64,000 bases of DNA, from NCBI GenBank assembly GCA_013239625.1, contig MU053136.1, positions 18,017 to 82,016 on the forward strand, written 5' to 3'. The notes beneath the pieces are model-generated. The model did no database searches, was not told the DNA's origin, and saw only the letters and a list, made by a program, of their open reading frames with translations. The translations under genes were made by a program, and so were the position numbers. This document shows, in pieces, positions 24,401 to 36,666 of this stretch (positions are counted from its first letter, which is position 1; the number at the start of each line of letters is the position of its first letter). This DNA is from Lama guanicoe (taxonomy: Eukaryota).

Positions 24401-27400
24401 GAGTAAAGGTACCCGGTGCCTGAGCTGTACTTGTGAAGGGCCCTGGCTCTGGGTTCAGGGAGATCTGGGCTCAAATCCTGGCTCTGCTTTCCTGCTACCC
24501 GTGTAGCCTCGAGCAGGTTACTTACCCTTCTGTGCTTCAGTTTCCCGTCTGTAAAATGGGGGGTTGGTGCCTGCACATGGGTTTGTAGTGAGGATTAAAT
24601 GAAGTAATGATGTCAGGTATTTTAACACAGGCTTGGCCCATTATCAGTGCTCAGTTAACAAGCCCAAGGCCCAGAAAGACCAAGTGGCCTTGCCTCAGGT
24701 GCTCCACTCCTCAGAGCCCACCTCCCTCTCATCACAGAGAGGAGCCCTTTCTAACCCTTCTAGGCAGTTGCAAATCTATGAAGGCTTCCATAGGCCCCCG
24801 CTCTGTGGAAGTGACAGTTACCAAGCACCTGCTGCTCAGAAGACCAGAAGCCGATGAATGTCCCCGGCTGAGGCCGCTGCAGGCTCTGTCAGGAGGGCGC
24901 CGTGTTGGGGGGGAGGCCAGAGAGGCCCTGATGGGTTCTCAGTGGCAGTGTTTGTAAAAGGTAAGGAGGACGGGCAGCCCAGAGAAGGGCTGAGGGCAGC
25001 AGGCTCCATCGGCAGGGTCAGTGAGGGACGTCGGGTAACCGACCCTGCCGTTGCGGCTCTGGAGCGCCCTCCCCAGCGCCTGCCCCCGAGGTTAAGGCAT
25101 TCTTGGTCTCTGAGGCCCAGGGGCTGCCTGGTCACATTGTGTTTTTGAGAAGACCCTCCTCCCCTGCAGAGTCCAAAGCACGCTGAGGAGCCCGCGCCCC
25201 CTCCCCACCGAGCGCCCCGTCTGCGGCTGAAGTGGGGCCTCCCGCGGTGGGCACTGGCGGGGCCTCTCCGTGGCCCCAGGCAGCTGCCCCTTAACCCCCC
25301 TGCCTCTCAGGATTACTCAGCCTTCACAGCGTCTGTCACTAAGATGCTGAGTGCGTCTTGATGGCCTCTCTTCAGGAAAGGCTTGGGCTGTGTGGCCTTT
25401 TAAGAAAGGCTTGGTGCCTGGGTTAAGCCTCTGATTGTGGTTCTGCGTGAAGAAACCATAAACCAAAGGAAAGGCGATGGTTCAGCTTTGGTCTTGGAGC
25501 TTTGTGTCAGCTTCTGCTTAAGTCCCTGAGCTTGGAATTGAATATGGGCCATACAGGCAGGTGGAGAAGCTGTCCTTTCCCTCCAATTTCCGCATAGATT
25601 ATTCAGAGTAGGAAAAAGTCCAAGGAACCGCTCATCTTGCTGTCTCTAAGTGTGGGGCTCTGCTCTCAAATTTGTCTCCTTGATGCGGAGGCCTGGGGCA
25701 GGGTCTACAATGCAACTTCCTCCTTCAGGACAAACTCCCCAGTCCCTGGAAATCTTGGTTCTACCACCAGGGCCAAGAGCTCCAGAGTGGTATCTAGGTT
25801 TTTAGGTTAATTCCTGGAGAAGCCTGATCATTTTCTAAAAGATTTCTGACGGTCATACCAGTGTCGAGGAATCTGGCCTGACCCTAGGAGTGGGGGGAGA
25901 GAGCTCTGGACCGAACCGGCCCGGGGTGCCTGGCCTGCACCTGGAGTCAGAGCTGAGTCGGTTGTCCTGGGGCCGTGCTGACTGCCACTTGACGGATGGT
26001 CACTGGCCATTTCCCTCACTCTCAGCCAAGGGGAATCCAGTTTGGTTTTCTCTCCTCTCCAGGGGCTCAGGCAGCCAGCAGCTGGGTGTTAAACGGCCCT
26101 CCCATCACCTCTTCCACGGGGGCTGCCTCCAAGCGCAGATGCAGCGCATGCTCTGAGGACTGAGCCGAGGGAGCTCAGCCCTGCTCCTGAGGGCCCACCG
26201 CGTTGCCTCCCTCTTCCCTTCTCAAACCCAGCAACACAGGGAAGGTTGTCCTCAGCGGTACTTTGTTTGTCTTACTCCGCCCCGCAAAGACAGAAGCACT
26301 TCCGGTGCAGATTTTCCCGCACAGTAGTTCGCCCTGTGCTCTAAGTTGAGCGGGCGGATTTCATCCTTAGGCCCTGTGCCCGCCCTAGCCGGGGCAGAAT
26401 GAGGACCATCTGGCGGCGGTTGTGCAGCGCCACCTCCTGGCTGCGGTACCCATCCTGTCTTCCTAGTCTTGCTCAACAGATGCCAGAACATCTCATCTGA
26501 AATAAAAGGAACTTGGAAAAGTTATTCCAAAGTCCATTTCTGGTTGATCCTGTAATGCCCATAGCTTTTTGTATCAGCTTGACCTTTCAGGGGCTGCCTT
26601 GCTGAGCCTCCCGTTGCAATGGCTTTGTATCTCCAAAGCCCGAATTGTCAAGGCAGGACTTAGCAGCTGTAGCCTAGAAGCAGGGACATCAGCCTAGAAC
26701 CCAGCGCTGGATGTGTGTGTCCCAAGAGGGTAACCTGCCTGTGGTCTTCGAGGGGAGGGAGTGTTAAGGAAAGTAGCTGGACTGTGGAAAGGAGACAAGG
26801 GTGTGGACCAGGCTTGTCGCTTCTTGTTGGGGCCACAGCTGTTCTGTTTCATAGTCTGTTGTAGTCTGGGCCCAGTGCTGCCACTGACCTGGAGTCGAAG
26901 GAAGCTGTTGCAGATGAGGACCGCCCTAACATGAGGGGTGTTGCTTACTCCCTTCTCCAGGATGGGTAGTCTTCTGGGAACTGGAGTTGGGGAGGATTTT
27001 TGTTTCTGTGAATTGATTTTGAGGGTTCCCTCAGTGTGCTGCTTACCAGAGTGGATTCTATACCTCTCCCCATATTTCAGTGCCCTTCCCTGCCATGGAA
27101 TGCAGAGCAAATTCCCTGAGGCTTGTTTCCCAAGCCAGGGACTGGGGGTTCCTGCTGTTTCTGCTTTACAGAGAAGCTGTTGGAATAAACATGTACATTT
27201 CACTCTTGACTATATTTAGTGGTTTGCCAAGCACGTGCCACGTGCCCCGGCAGAGCTGACAGACTAGAGGGGATATGGTATGGGGGTACATGGGACCAGT
27301 ACCCTGTGGCTTATGCCTCTGTCTTTCCCTCCACTCTAGGCCTGGTCTCCAGGTCTTCTCCTAAGAAACCTCGTGGACGTAACATCTTCAAGGCCCTTTT

Positions 27401-30400
27401 CTGCTGTTTTCGTGCCCAGCATGTTGGCCAGTCAAGCTCCTCCACTGAGCTTGCCACATACAAGGAGGAAGCCAACACCATTGCTAAGGTAGCTGGATCA
27501 CAGTGGTGTGATGCCAGCAAGGACGGGACTGCTGGGGGGTGGGGGGGTCCCTGCCATGGCAAGTGGGCAAGGCAGCCTTGCCTGAGTCAGATCTTTGGCC
27601 CAGAGGAGGCCCTTTTTCCTTCCCGTAGTGGTCCATCCTCTTCCTGTTGATTCGCACTTGTGGTGTGGGCCATCGGATGTCCCTGTGGGTTCTGCGGGTC
27701 CCTGCAGTCCAGATCCTTCCAGCTTCCAGGAATGGTGCAGGCACTTTTGTATATTATCTCCTGAGACCCACAGCAGCCCTGCAGGGAGAGTCAGAGGATT
27801 CCTGCTCACAGACCTGGAAATGGACTCAGAGGGTTTATGCAGCCTCTGAAGGGCTAATGGGTAATAAATGAGTGTCAGGGTTTGAACTCAGATCTCTCTG
27901 GCTATAAGTCCTGTGACTTGTTTTTTCACTACGCAAAGATACCTTCCAAGTTACTCAACTTTCAGGGAACCAAGGAGTTGAAATTCCGTCACACTCGATA
28001 ACCCTTTCCAGCAGTCTCACCTGTACCTGTGAGGGACATTTGAAAATGTGTGGGTATTTTTGATTCTCATAAAGGCCAGAAGATATGTCTGGCATTTCAA
28101 AGGTGGGGACAGAAATCATTCTGCCCCCAGTGCCATTGGTACTTCTTTCCAAAACACTGAGGTCTAGCTGTCCTTTCTCTGTTTCAAAACCAAGCTAAAG
28201 ACATATACATTGATGAAAGTCACTTCCTTATTCAGTAGGGAAAAATGGTTAAACAAAGTACAACAGTACAGTACTACTAAACGAGTAATTTTACAGAGTT
28301 CACAGTAATGTGGAAAAGTATTGAATTGTAACATTGAGTCAAAAAGCAGAATGCAAAATTATATATCACGAGGAAAAAAAGACTACCAGAATAAGCCTGA
28401 AGGAAAGGCACTAAAATGCCAGCATTAAGTTTTTCTAAGTGCCAAGAGTTTAATTTTTCTTCAGGGTTTCCATTAAGATCACTTACTACTTTTTACAACC
28501 ATAACATTTTTATTATTAGCAAAAGACGAGAAAAGCCTTTCTCTGCACTCCACCTCCCCTCAGACTCCGGGACCCGCAGTGTGGGTTCGGGTTGGCTTAC
28601 TTAGGTTTTGTAGGGGCCCCACACCCACCCTTCCCCCAGAAGACCCCCCAAAGTAGGACATAGAAAACACACGTTCTCAAAGAGAAGCCTGAGGACTAAG
28701 CAAGAGGCTACACCCCCGAGATGAAGAGTTGTGATTTTGGCTCTGCCTCTCCCTCCGGCGCCTGCATCAGCTGCCCAAATTCCCTGTTCCTCAGAGGAAC
28801 TAGGCGGTGGCAGCTGAGAACAGGGGCACTGCCTTCTCCATCCTCCATCAGGCCTCGTGTGGAAAAGAGGCTCTGGTCTTTCCCCTTTCATACCCAGCTC
28901 TTAAGGAAAGTCACTTTTGTCATGTCAGGACCTTCCCAGGGGCTGGGGTTTTGGGGAGAAAATTCCCCTCCAGGCCTGAGGCCAACGCAGTGGGCTTTAG
29001 ATGGATGGGGAAGGTGCTGGAGGGCCGGTGCTGACCCCCCTTCTCTCCCACAGTCGGATCTGCTCCAGTGTCTCCAGTACCAGTTTTACCAGGTATGTGA
29101 ATCTGACAGGGTATGTGCTCAGAAGCCCCCAAATACTGTGGTCCCTGCTAACCCCGCTAGTGATGCCCTCATTCCTCGGTGCCTGTTTGGCTGCCTCCCA
29201 GCCCTGGGAAGCTATTTGTCCAAGATACTTGCTGAGGGCCCGCTGCGTGCAAGGCGTTAGATTGTGGGGGGACAGCTGGTCTCTACCCCAGGACAGTCGC
29301 GGCTTCCATCCCCCATCTCCAGATCACTTCACAGTCCCCGAGGGAGGCGGGAGCATGGGGCCGGCTCGGTCTCTTCCCTCTCTACTCTTGGCATTTGAGT
29401 GGCCCCTCTCCTGGGCTGAAGTGGGGGTCTTCCATCTCCTTGGTGAGCCCAGCTCTTCCCAGAGTTCTGCTGAGGGAAATAATTAGTCTTTCTTGGTGGC
29501 AGATCTCAGTAGCCTGGCTCTGGTTTTAGATCCCAGGGACCTGTCTGCTTCCAGAGGTGACAGAGGAAGATCAAGGAAGAATCTGTGTGGTCATTGACTT
29601 GGATGAAACCCTTGTGCACAGCTCCTTTAAGGTAACTCCACATCTGGAACACTGCCTACACCCATCTTGGGCTGAACTGTGAGCCCGACTCCAGGTGCCG
29701 TGAGGCAGCCTGAAGCTGATGGAAGAGTGGTCCGAAGGGGGAGAGCCAGACCCTGGCATCTGGCTACACTGGCATCACAGATACCTGGAGGCCCCACCAG
29801 GCAGTGTTGAGTGGGAGCCCCTACTCTCTCTGGTCTCTGCCATTAGGCTGCAGCTGACCCTGTCACGCAGCACAGGAGCCACCAGGCTCTGTGCAGGGCA
29901 GGCCTCAAAGAGAGGTTAAGTCAGCCTTGGACCTTGCACTTTTATCAGGATGTTTGTTAACTCAGGAAGGCCTGGAAACTCTCAGCTCAGGTAGAATTTG
30001 TGGGTGTGGGAAGTAGGGAAAAACCACAAGGGGTATCGCACCCTGTCCTGGGGTGAGGACCACTTAGTGAGGCGCAGGAGCTTCCTGGAGCCTCTGAGAT
30101 CTGTCCCTCCCTGCCTTTCCCAGGGGACGGGGCAGTGGCTGTTACAGGGACTGGGGTGTGGCCAGGCTTCTTGTCCCTTCCCACATGCTGACTGACTCCT
30201 CTGCCTTCCAGCCGATCAACAACGCTGACTTCATAGTGCCTGTGGAGATCGAGGGGACCACGCACCAGGTGAGCCCCCTGGCCGACGCGCCCAGCCCGGT
30301 GGCCCGGGGTCCTCCGCCCCTTGGGCTTGTGTTCCATTGGTTGATTATTTCCTGCAACTTCAGCCTCTCCATTTTTATTGGTACTTTTCGCACTGGAGGC

Positions 30401-33031
30401 ATTCTCATCTTAAAAAATTCAGCCTCTTATCCCTCGCTAGCTGCCACCTTCTTTCTCTTTGCAGCCAAGCTGTTTAAAATTAAATATTACTTAATAATAT
30501 CAATAGTTATCGTTCAGTTACCTCTCCTGCCCTGTATGTGGCCAGCACTGTTACATGATGTATTACGTTTTCTCTAATCCTAAAAAGTCAGTATCTCTGC
30601 CTGCTACAGGCAAGGAGGCCTGTGCTAGCGGTCTCCTCTCCTCCCCTGTTCACCCCTGCCATCGAGCTGGTGGATTTGTTCCTCTCAAGCTCAGACATCT
30701 CCTTCTCTGTAAACCTTTCTCCAGTTCCCCTGCCTTGGGGTCCCTACACTGGATTTTGCCCTAGTAAATGGTCAGTTCACATCTGTCAGAGAGCACTTGA
30801 ATCTAAGTAAGAACAGGCATAACCTGCTTGGTCCAGGGTTAAGGACCCTGTGGTGTTGGTGGTGAAAAACCATTTATGCTTGCTCAGAAGGCCTGCCAGC
30901 TGGCCTGAGAGTCAGGGACCATCAGGAACAATGCCCTGGTAACCCCAATGCTTATTTTCTCGGCCTGGTCAAATAGAAGGGTTACTTGTAGGGAAATGGG
31001 GTTTGAGGTGTCCATGGGTGGTCATCACTGTCCTGTGTCCATTAGAAGCTTTTTTGCATCCCTCCACCTTCCTCCCAGCTCAGGTGCTCCACCATGCGCA
31101 GCGCCGGACTCTGCCCAGCAGCCCTTACAGTCTAGGTGAGGGTGTAGAGATGTACAAATCCCACAGGGAAAAGACAAAGGCATATCTTCAACCAGGCAGA
31201 TACACACTGTGAGCTCCTGTTAACAAGGGAGGTGTGAGTGATGGAAAAGGGATGAGATTAAAATAGGGGTGGGGGGCCGTCTACCTGCTGAAGGTGGGTT
31301 TTCAGCAGTGAGTGGTGGGAGGGTGCCAAGCTTGATGAGAACAGCCAGGCAGAGGGAAGGACTTGTTGAAGGTTGAAGAAATGGCAAGCGAAAGGAGGCC
31401 CAGTTGTGGTACCTGGAGCAGAGGGTTCCTGCCGCAGAGCTGGGGGTTCCGGCGGGGCCAGTCCGGGCCACCTCCAGGAGGGAGAGTCACGGCGGGCACG
31501 TGCTCTCCGGGCAAGGAGTGGCGGGGGGGAAGAGGAACTTTGCGGGGATGGTTCTGGCGGCTGTTGTGTAGGCTGGAAGAGAGGGAAACGTGGATGGAGG
31601 CAGGGAAGCGATAGACAGCAGACCTGTGAGGGACAGGCAGCCAGGGAACCTTTTAGGCCAAAATGTACAAGATTATGAAAGGTGGACTCGAGCGTTAGGG
31701 GTGGCTGCTGGCAGGAGCAAGCACAGAATAGGTGGGGGTCACCAGAGCAAGATACTGCAGGGTGTCTGATCTGTGGTCACTGAGGAAAAAGTCACTTCCC
31801 TTGGTGCATTTCAGAGAAGCTCTGTGAGGACGTGAGGTTTTGGGAAGTATCTGCAACTTTGCCTGATGGGGACCTGGACTGACTGTCCTGCCAGAGCCAA
31901 GGACAGGAAACTCCCACAGAGGCTGTGGCTGGATTCAAGTAATCCAGGATAGGCTGTGTCCATCTGTGAGGCCTATTCTTGATTACTTGTTTCTGGAGGC
32001 AGCTGATGGTCCGCCGCCTGAAGCAGAGATGGCTCCTGGGACATAGGCGTTTGCGTTTCCTCCTGCGCTGGGTCGGGGTTGGGCCACCGAGCCAGCAGAG
32101 GCCTGGTGAGGAGGCGACGCCCACGCCCCAGTCTTGGGCGGAAGGCTTCCAGCCAGGTGGCCCCAGAGGCTGGGCTGGGGGGTCTGGACAGAGTAAGGTT
32201 AAACCACCTGTTGCTCTTGGTGGTGACAGTGACCAAAGCTGTGGCGCTTCCCCCTCCCAGGGATGAGCAAGCCTCTCTGCTTTTCCTCAGGTGTACGTGC
32301 TCAAGAGGCCTTACGTGGATGAGTTCCTGAGACGAATGGGGGAACTCTTTGAATGCGTTCTCTTCACTGCCAGCCTGGCCAAGGTACCTGGGGGCAGGAG
32401 GGGAGTAAAGAACCGGGAGCAGGTGTGGCAGCTCCATGCACGGTCCAGCAGCTCCTTGCTGGTCCACAGGATGCCACGGGGAAACCAGGGCTGCACCCAA
32501 ACAAAAAGCATCTTCTCTTCTGCCAGTACGCCGACCCTGTGACAGATCTGCTGGACAGGTGCGGGGTATTCCGGGCCCGCCTGTTCCGTGAGTCCTGTGT
32601 GTTCCACCAAGGGTGTTACGTCAAGGACCTCAGCCGCCTAGGAAGGGACCTGAGGAAAACCCTCATTCTGGACAACTCACCTGCTTCTTACATCTTCCAC
32701 CCAGAGAATGCTGTGAGTGTTGCAGACACGCCCACCCTGCAGGGGGTGGGAGAGCCCCTGCCCTAGGAGGGTGGGCGGTGGGGGAACCGTGGGCTTGATG
32801 GAGGAGCGCACCGCCCCGGGGGGCGCAGCCGGCCGCCAGGGGCTCGGGGCAGGGGCGGGAAGGATTGGCCGCCAGGAGACGCAGGCCGCCTTTCACCTGC
32901 CCCAGGTGCCCGTGCAGTCTTGGTTTGATGACATGGCGGACACTGAGTTGCTGAACCTGATCCCCATCTTTGAGGAGCTGAGCGGAGCAGAGGATGTCTA
33001 CACCAGCCTTGGGCAGCTGCGGGCCCCTTAG
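14113..33031 (+). CDS. CTDSP2: CTD small phosphatase 2 (SCP2), 271 aa; join(14113..14176,27340..27488,29054..29092,29530..29631,30212..30268,32291..32383,32527..32712,32906..33031)
   Basis: All introns GT-AG; exons sum to 816 nt in frame; [22 protein letters not shown]...[11 protein letters not shown]...GQLRAP*; FCP1/SCP HAD DxDxT motif. Confidence 0.98.
18017..18070. repeat. (TACA)n/(TG)n microsatellite
   Basis: 'tacatacatatacacatacatacatacatacatacatacgtgtgtgtgtgta'. Confidence 0.85.
22863..22930. repeat. alternating purine-pyrimidine tract
   Basis: 'gtatgcgtgtgtgtgtgcgcgcgctcgcgcacatatgtgcatgtgtacacac'. Confidence 0.75.
24445..24660 (+). mobile_element. MIR SINE
   Basis: 'ctgggctcaaatcctggctctgc..gcaggttacttaccct.tctgtgcttcagtttccc..ctgtaaaatgggg..gtgaggattaaatga'. 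Confidence 0.75.
26275..26450. promoter_or_regulatory. intronic CpG-rich element with CTCF-like motifs
   Basis: Minus-strand GCCAGGAGGTGGCGCT (26426-26441) and CCGCCAGATGGTCC (~26403-26416); nearby ETS-like CACTTCCGGT and E2F-like TTTTCCCGC. Confidence 0.5.
27340..27488 (+). CDS. CTDSP2: CTDSP2 coding exon 2
   Basis: ctctag| [24 protein letters not shown]...NTIAK |gtagct. Confidence 0.96.
29054..29092 (+). CDS. CTDSP2: CTDSP2 coding exon 3 (39 nt)
   Basis: ccacag| [13 protein letters not shown] |gtatgt. Confidence 0.95.
29530..29631 (+). CDS. CTDSP2: CTDSP2 coding exon 4 (catalytic motif)
   Basis: ttttag| [34 protein letters not shown] |gtaact. Confidence 0.97.
30212..30268 (+). CDS. CTDSP2: CTDSP2 coding exon 5
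   Basis: ttccag| [19 protein letters not shown] |gtgagc. Confidence 0.97.
31921..32004 (+). ncRNA. MIR26A2: microRNA precursor mir-26a-2 (intron 5 of CTDSP2)
   Basis: Mature miR-26a-5p TTCAAGTAATCCAGGATAGGCT at 31934-31955; complementary 3p arm CCTATTCTTGATTACTTGTTTC at 31972-31993; apical UGUG; downstream CNNC at 32011-32014. Confidence 0.98.
32291..32383 (+). CDS. CTDSP2: CTDSP2 coding exon 6
   Basis: cctcag| [31 protein letters not shown] |gtacct. Confidence 0.97.
32527..32712 (+). CDS. CTDSP2: CTDSP2 coding exon 7
   Basis: tgccag| [10 protein letters not shown]...[17 protein letters not shown] |gtgagt. Confidence 0.97.
32906..33031 (+). CDS. CTDSP2: CTDSP2 coding exon 8 (stop TAG)
   Basis: ccccag| [41 protein letters not shown]. 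Confidence 0.97.
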   Translation: MPVQSWFDDMADTELLNLIPIFEELSGAEDVYTSLGQLRAP

Positions 33032-33256
33032 CCTTCCCTGCTGCCAAGCAACGGCCATCCCAGTAGGGGACTTTCCTACACTGTGCCTTTATGATCGGCC
33101 TGACAGAGCGGAAGCTGGAGCATCTCACCAAATGAGGCCTGGAAACAGAAGTGATTGGAAAGAGCTTTAGGACAGGTTAGATGCCAAGTGGGCAGATAAT
33201 CAGACCAGCATTACCCAGAGCTGCCGGCTCCCCGAGTTGGGTTTCTGAAATATAAG

Positions 33257-33325
33257 AGTGAGAGAGAGACAGAGAGAGAGAGACAGACAGAGAGAGAGTG
33301 TGTTTGTGTTTGTGTGTGTGTGTGT
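33257..33325. repeat. compound (GA)n/(GT)n microsatellite in CTDSP2 3'UTR
   Basis: 'gagagagagacagagagagagagacagacagagagagagtgtgtttgtgtttgtgtgtgtgtgtgt'. Confidence 0.85.
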
Positions 33326-36300
33326 CTGGCCTTGAACTGTGGCCCTGGGCTATAAGTGTTTCAGGTTGGGGGAGAAGCTGAGTGATCAAGACTCCCCTAG
33401 TCAATCTGTCTCCTCTCTGGTCACCCTGAGCCACTGAGCTCTGTGGGGATGAAGACTATTGAAGGCTTCGTTGCCAAACCCATGACCTTTCCTCAGCGTT
33501 GTAAGGCTTACGCCAAGGAGAAAGGAAGGGTCAGAGGCTGCCCCGGGTGCCCACTACACACCTTCCTGAAACCTTTCTCCAGCCAGCTGCTGCAGACAAA
33601 GAGGATGTTTCTGGGAAGATGAAAGCTTGTTTCCAGCCCACAGGGCCATCAGGTCCTGTGGCCTGAGGGCTTCGCTTGCCTCTGGCCGAGCGCCTGGCAC
33701 AGGCCCCTTCCGTGTCTCCCCAGGGCTTGGGTGCCGGGCCTGCCTTCCTCAGCACCTGGCCATAGTCTTGAACCTGTGGGGAAGGAGGTCTTCACCCTGC
33801 CCTGGAAGAGGACAGATAACTGATTTCCGTTCTTTTGACTCTTTTAAAAGTTCTTTCTAGACATGGAGTGTTGGGCCTGTTTTGTTTCTGACAGAGCTTC
33901 AGTCCTGGGCCCGAGATGAATGTGGGAGGCCCTGGGGGTGCAGGGACACAGAAAATCCCCAAAGCATGAATGTCTGTGTCCCCTCGGCTTACAGAGCAAC
34001 TGAGCTCGGGACTGCGTCCCTGAGTCTGCTCTTCAGGGATTCTCTGCTGGTGCTGGTGCGAGGACTTTGCTCTGTGTCCCACCTTCCTGTTTCTCGGACA
34101 GGGCTCTTTCTCTTGTGTCTTCCCGCAGGGCCTGGCCTGTGCCGATCACACTCCTCTTCACCCTTCCTGGCTGTGGCTCTTGCGCTCCGGGGCCTCAGGC
34201 GCTCCTGCATTTCCTGGCCGAGGGGATGGGTGTTCTCACCGTTTAGTTTGCCAGCCTAACGTGCGTGCCTCTTGCCAGTGGTAACAGGTGTGAGTGAGCC
34301 CTTCACACACCTGCGCTTTGCGTGTCTCTTTGCTTTCAAAGTTTCTTAATAGCGAATGCTTTAAAAAATAGTCAAAATGGATGTTTCCCCAGGATGGAAA
34401 ACCGAGGGGAAGCGCTGCTGTAATTGGGAGCACAAGGGGCCCCCAAGAAGGGAGCCCCACCTCAGCATCACTGCCTTAACCGTGGCCTCCCCAGGGCTGG
34501 GGGGGTTGTCTCCTCCCCGCCTTCCCTCTGGGCAGGAGGGAGTTCCTGTCCCCGTCTCTGCTTTCCCTGGAGGCAGGTGTCACAGAGCATTTGTAAATCG
34601 CTTCAGGTGCAAGAACACTGCCCACTCAGGACTCATCCCCGTTACCCTTTTCCATTTCCACACACGGGGCCAGTCTGAGGAACTCGCCGGCTTCATGAAA
34701 ACCAGGTGTTGGACCGGCAGCAGGTTCTGACTGGCTAGCCTCTCTCTCTAGCTTTGTGGTGTCACCTCCCCACCTTGTCCCAAGGTTGTGAGGCCTTGTC
34801 TTTCCCTTTGGTGTCACATGAGCAGAGCAGGGTCCCCAAAGTCCGTGCGGTTGTCTCCTAGCATCATTTCCTGGTGCCTGTGGGATTCTGCTGCTGCGGG
34901 TGGAGGAAGAGGGCCCCAGGCCTGGCCAGGAGCGACGTCCCTGGGGGAAAACGGGAGCTTCGGATTCTAAGGCCCTGGCCTAGGCCTCTGTCCTAATGTC
35001 GCGGGAGGGTCCTCTCTCCCAAGCCCCATCCTAAGGGGATAGCTTTTGGGCCAAATCTTTGCCATGGGGTCCAGCCAAGCTTTTCTGACTGAATAAGCAA
35101 TAAGAGGCTCTAAGCTTGCCCAGTTCCTAGGAGCCTTTCTGCCCTCCTTTGGTCTCCACGTTTCTGGATGAAGGAAGAGCCTGTGCCTCCCGCTTCCCTA
35201 GCAGGCTTGTCCACATGTTCTGAGTGACTCGTAGCCAGAGCCCAGGTTAGCTTGGTGGGTGTCCCCGCTGCTTCTGCATGAAGCCCCAGCTCTACAGGCG
35301 TCGTTCCTGTTAGAACCTGCCCTGCCCACCTGCAGTTCCTCACCAGAAATGCCACATTCTCGTTTACCCCCTCCTTCCTCCCCTGGAGAAGCAGCTCGGC
35401 CAAATAAGTCTAAACAGGGTCCATCTGTGTGGACCAGAGCCAGCCTGAAGTCATTATTTGCTTTCTGGTTTTCCAGTTTCACAGTGTGTTAGGGGCAAGT
35501 GATGACTGCAAAACTTGCTCCGTAGAGGAATCAGCCCAGACTCATTTGGAGGAGGGCAAGACTGGGAGGGAGCTAGTGCACCCCAGGATCTGTTCCTGGG
35601 GTTCCCACCAACCCTTCCTGTTTGAGGCTGGGCTTCAGGAAGTAATAAGCCAGCGCACCCGGTCAACCCCAGTTCAAGCCATGCTGGGAATCTGCCCATC
35701 TGCCAGGTTCAGTTCTTTAAGGTGCCTCTTCAGGGACACAGTGTGTCTCTCTGATTGGGCTTCTAAATCAAAAGCCTGATGTTCGTGTCCCTCTCATAGG
35801 GGGAGCTTTGGACACAGGACCAGTTTGGAAAGGGTCAGGTAAGAGTTTCTACTCTGCACATTGTAGAGGGGACACTCTGTAGGCCCATGGGTCCCTTACT
35901 ATAGAGGTTGAATAAATTTGCTTTCAGTTAACCTGGGACCTTGTCTTTAATTCCCTCCTGCCTCCCAAAGCTTTTGACCATTTTGTAAGTGTATAAATTC
36001 ACCTCTGAACAGCAGCCCAGAAGCTTCTCTGTGCTGAAAGCATGGGAAGTCTAAAGGCAGCCATTCCTTAGGAGATGGATCCTGTTCTGTCTTGCTGCCC
36101 CTGCCCTGCTCCTGAGGCCTCGTTCAGGAAGGCAGCCCCCCCGTCAGGCTGTCCCACATCCCGTGTCCCAGCCAGGTCAAGTGTCCGAGGAAGGTCAGCC
36201 TGTTTTCCCTTCAGGTCTTCAGGTCTTCAACTTACCACTGTTGTCCCTCAGTCGCCTTTTTTGTAAAATGGAGTTTTATTTTTGTCCTTTTTATTTGTTC

Positions 36301-36660
36301 AATGCCAGTAAATACTCACATTCAAGCAGGGGAGGGGAGGTGGAGGTCTGCCCCGCTGCCCGTTCCTTTAATGCTGTTGGGCCCGCCCCTGGGGCAGACC
36401 CTCCTCTCAGGTGTGAGCTTCTGTGCTGGTCCTTATCTCCAGTTTGACACGTTTCCATGTCGTGCCACTTAATCCTCTTCAAGATGCCGTTTGGAGGGGT
36501 GGGGGAGATCTGCTTCCCACTGGGCTGGGCGTGGGGTTCTGACTACCTTGCTTACAGATTCATGGTTTGATAAATCTGTTGTATTCAAAAACTTGAAATG
36601 TAGGACGCCATTAAGTGTCTGTTTATATTTTTGGAATATTTGTATTACTTACAATTAATT

Positions 36661-36666
36661 AATAAA
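36661..36666 (+). terminator. CTDSP2: CTDSP2 polyadenylation signal AATAAA
   Basis: Canonical hexamer after a U-rich upstream region (TTTGTA). Confidence 0.75.
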
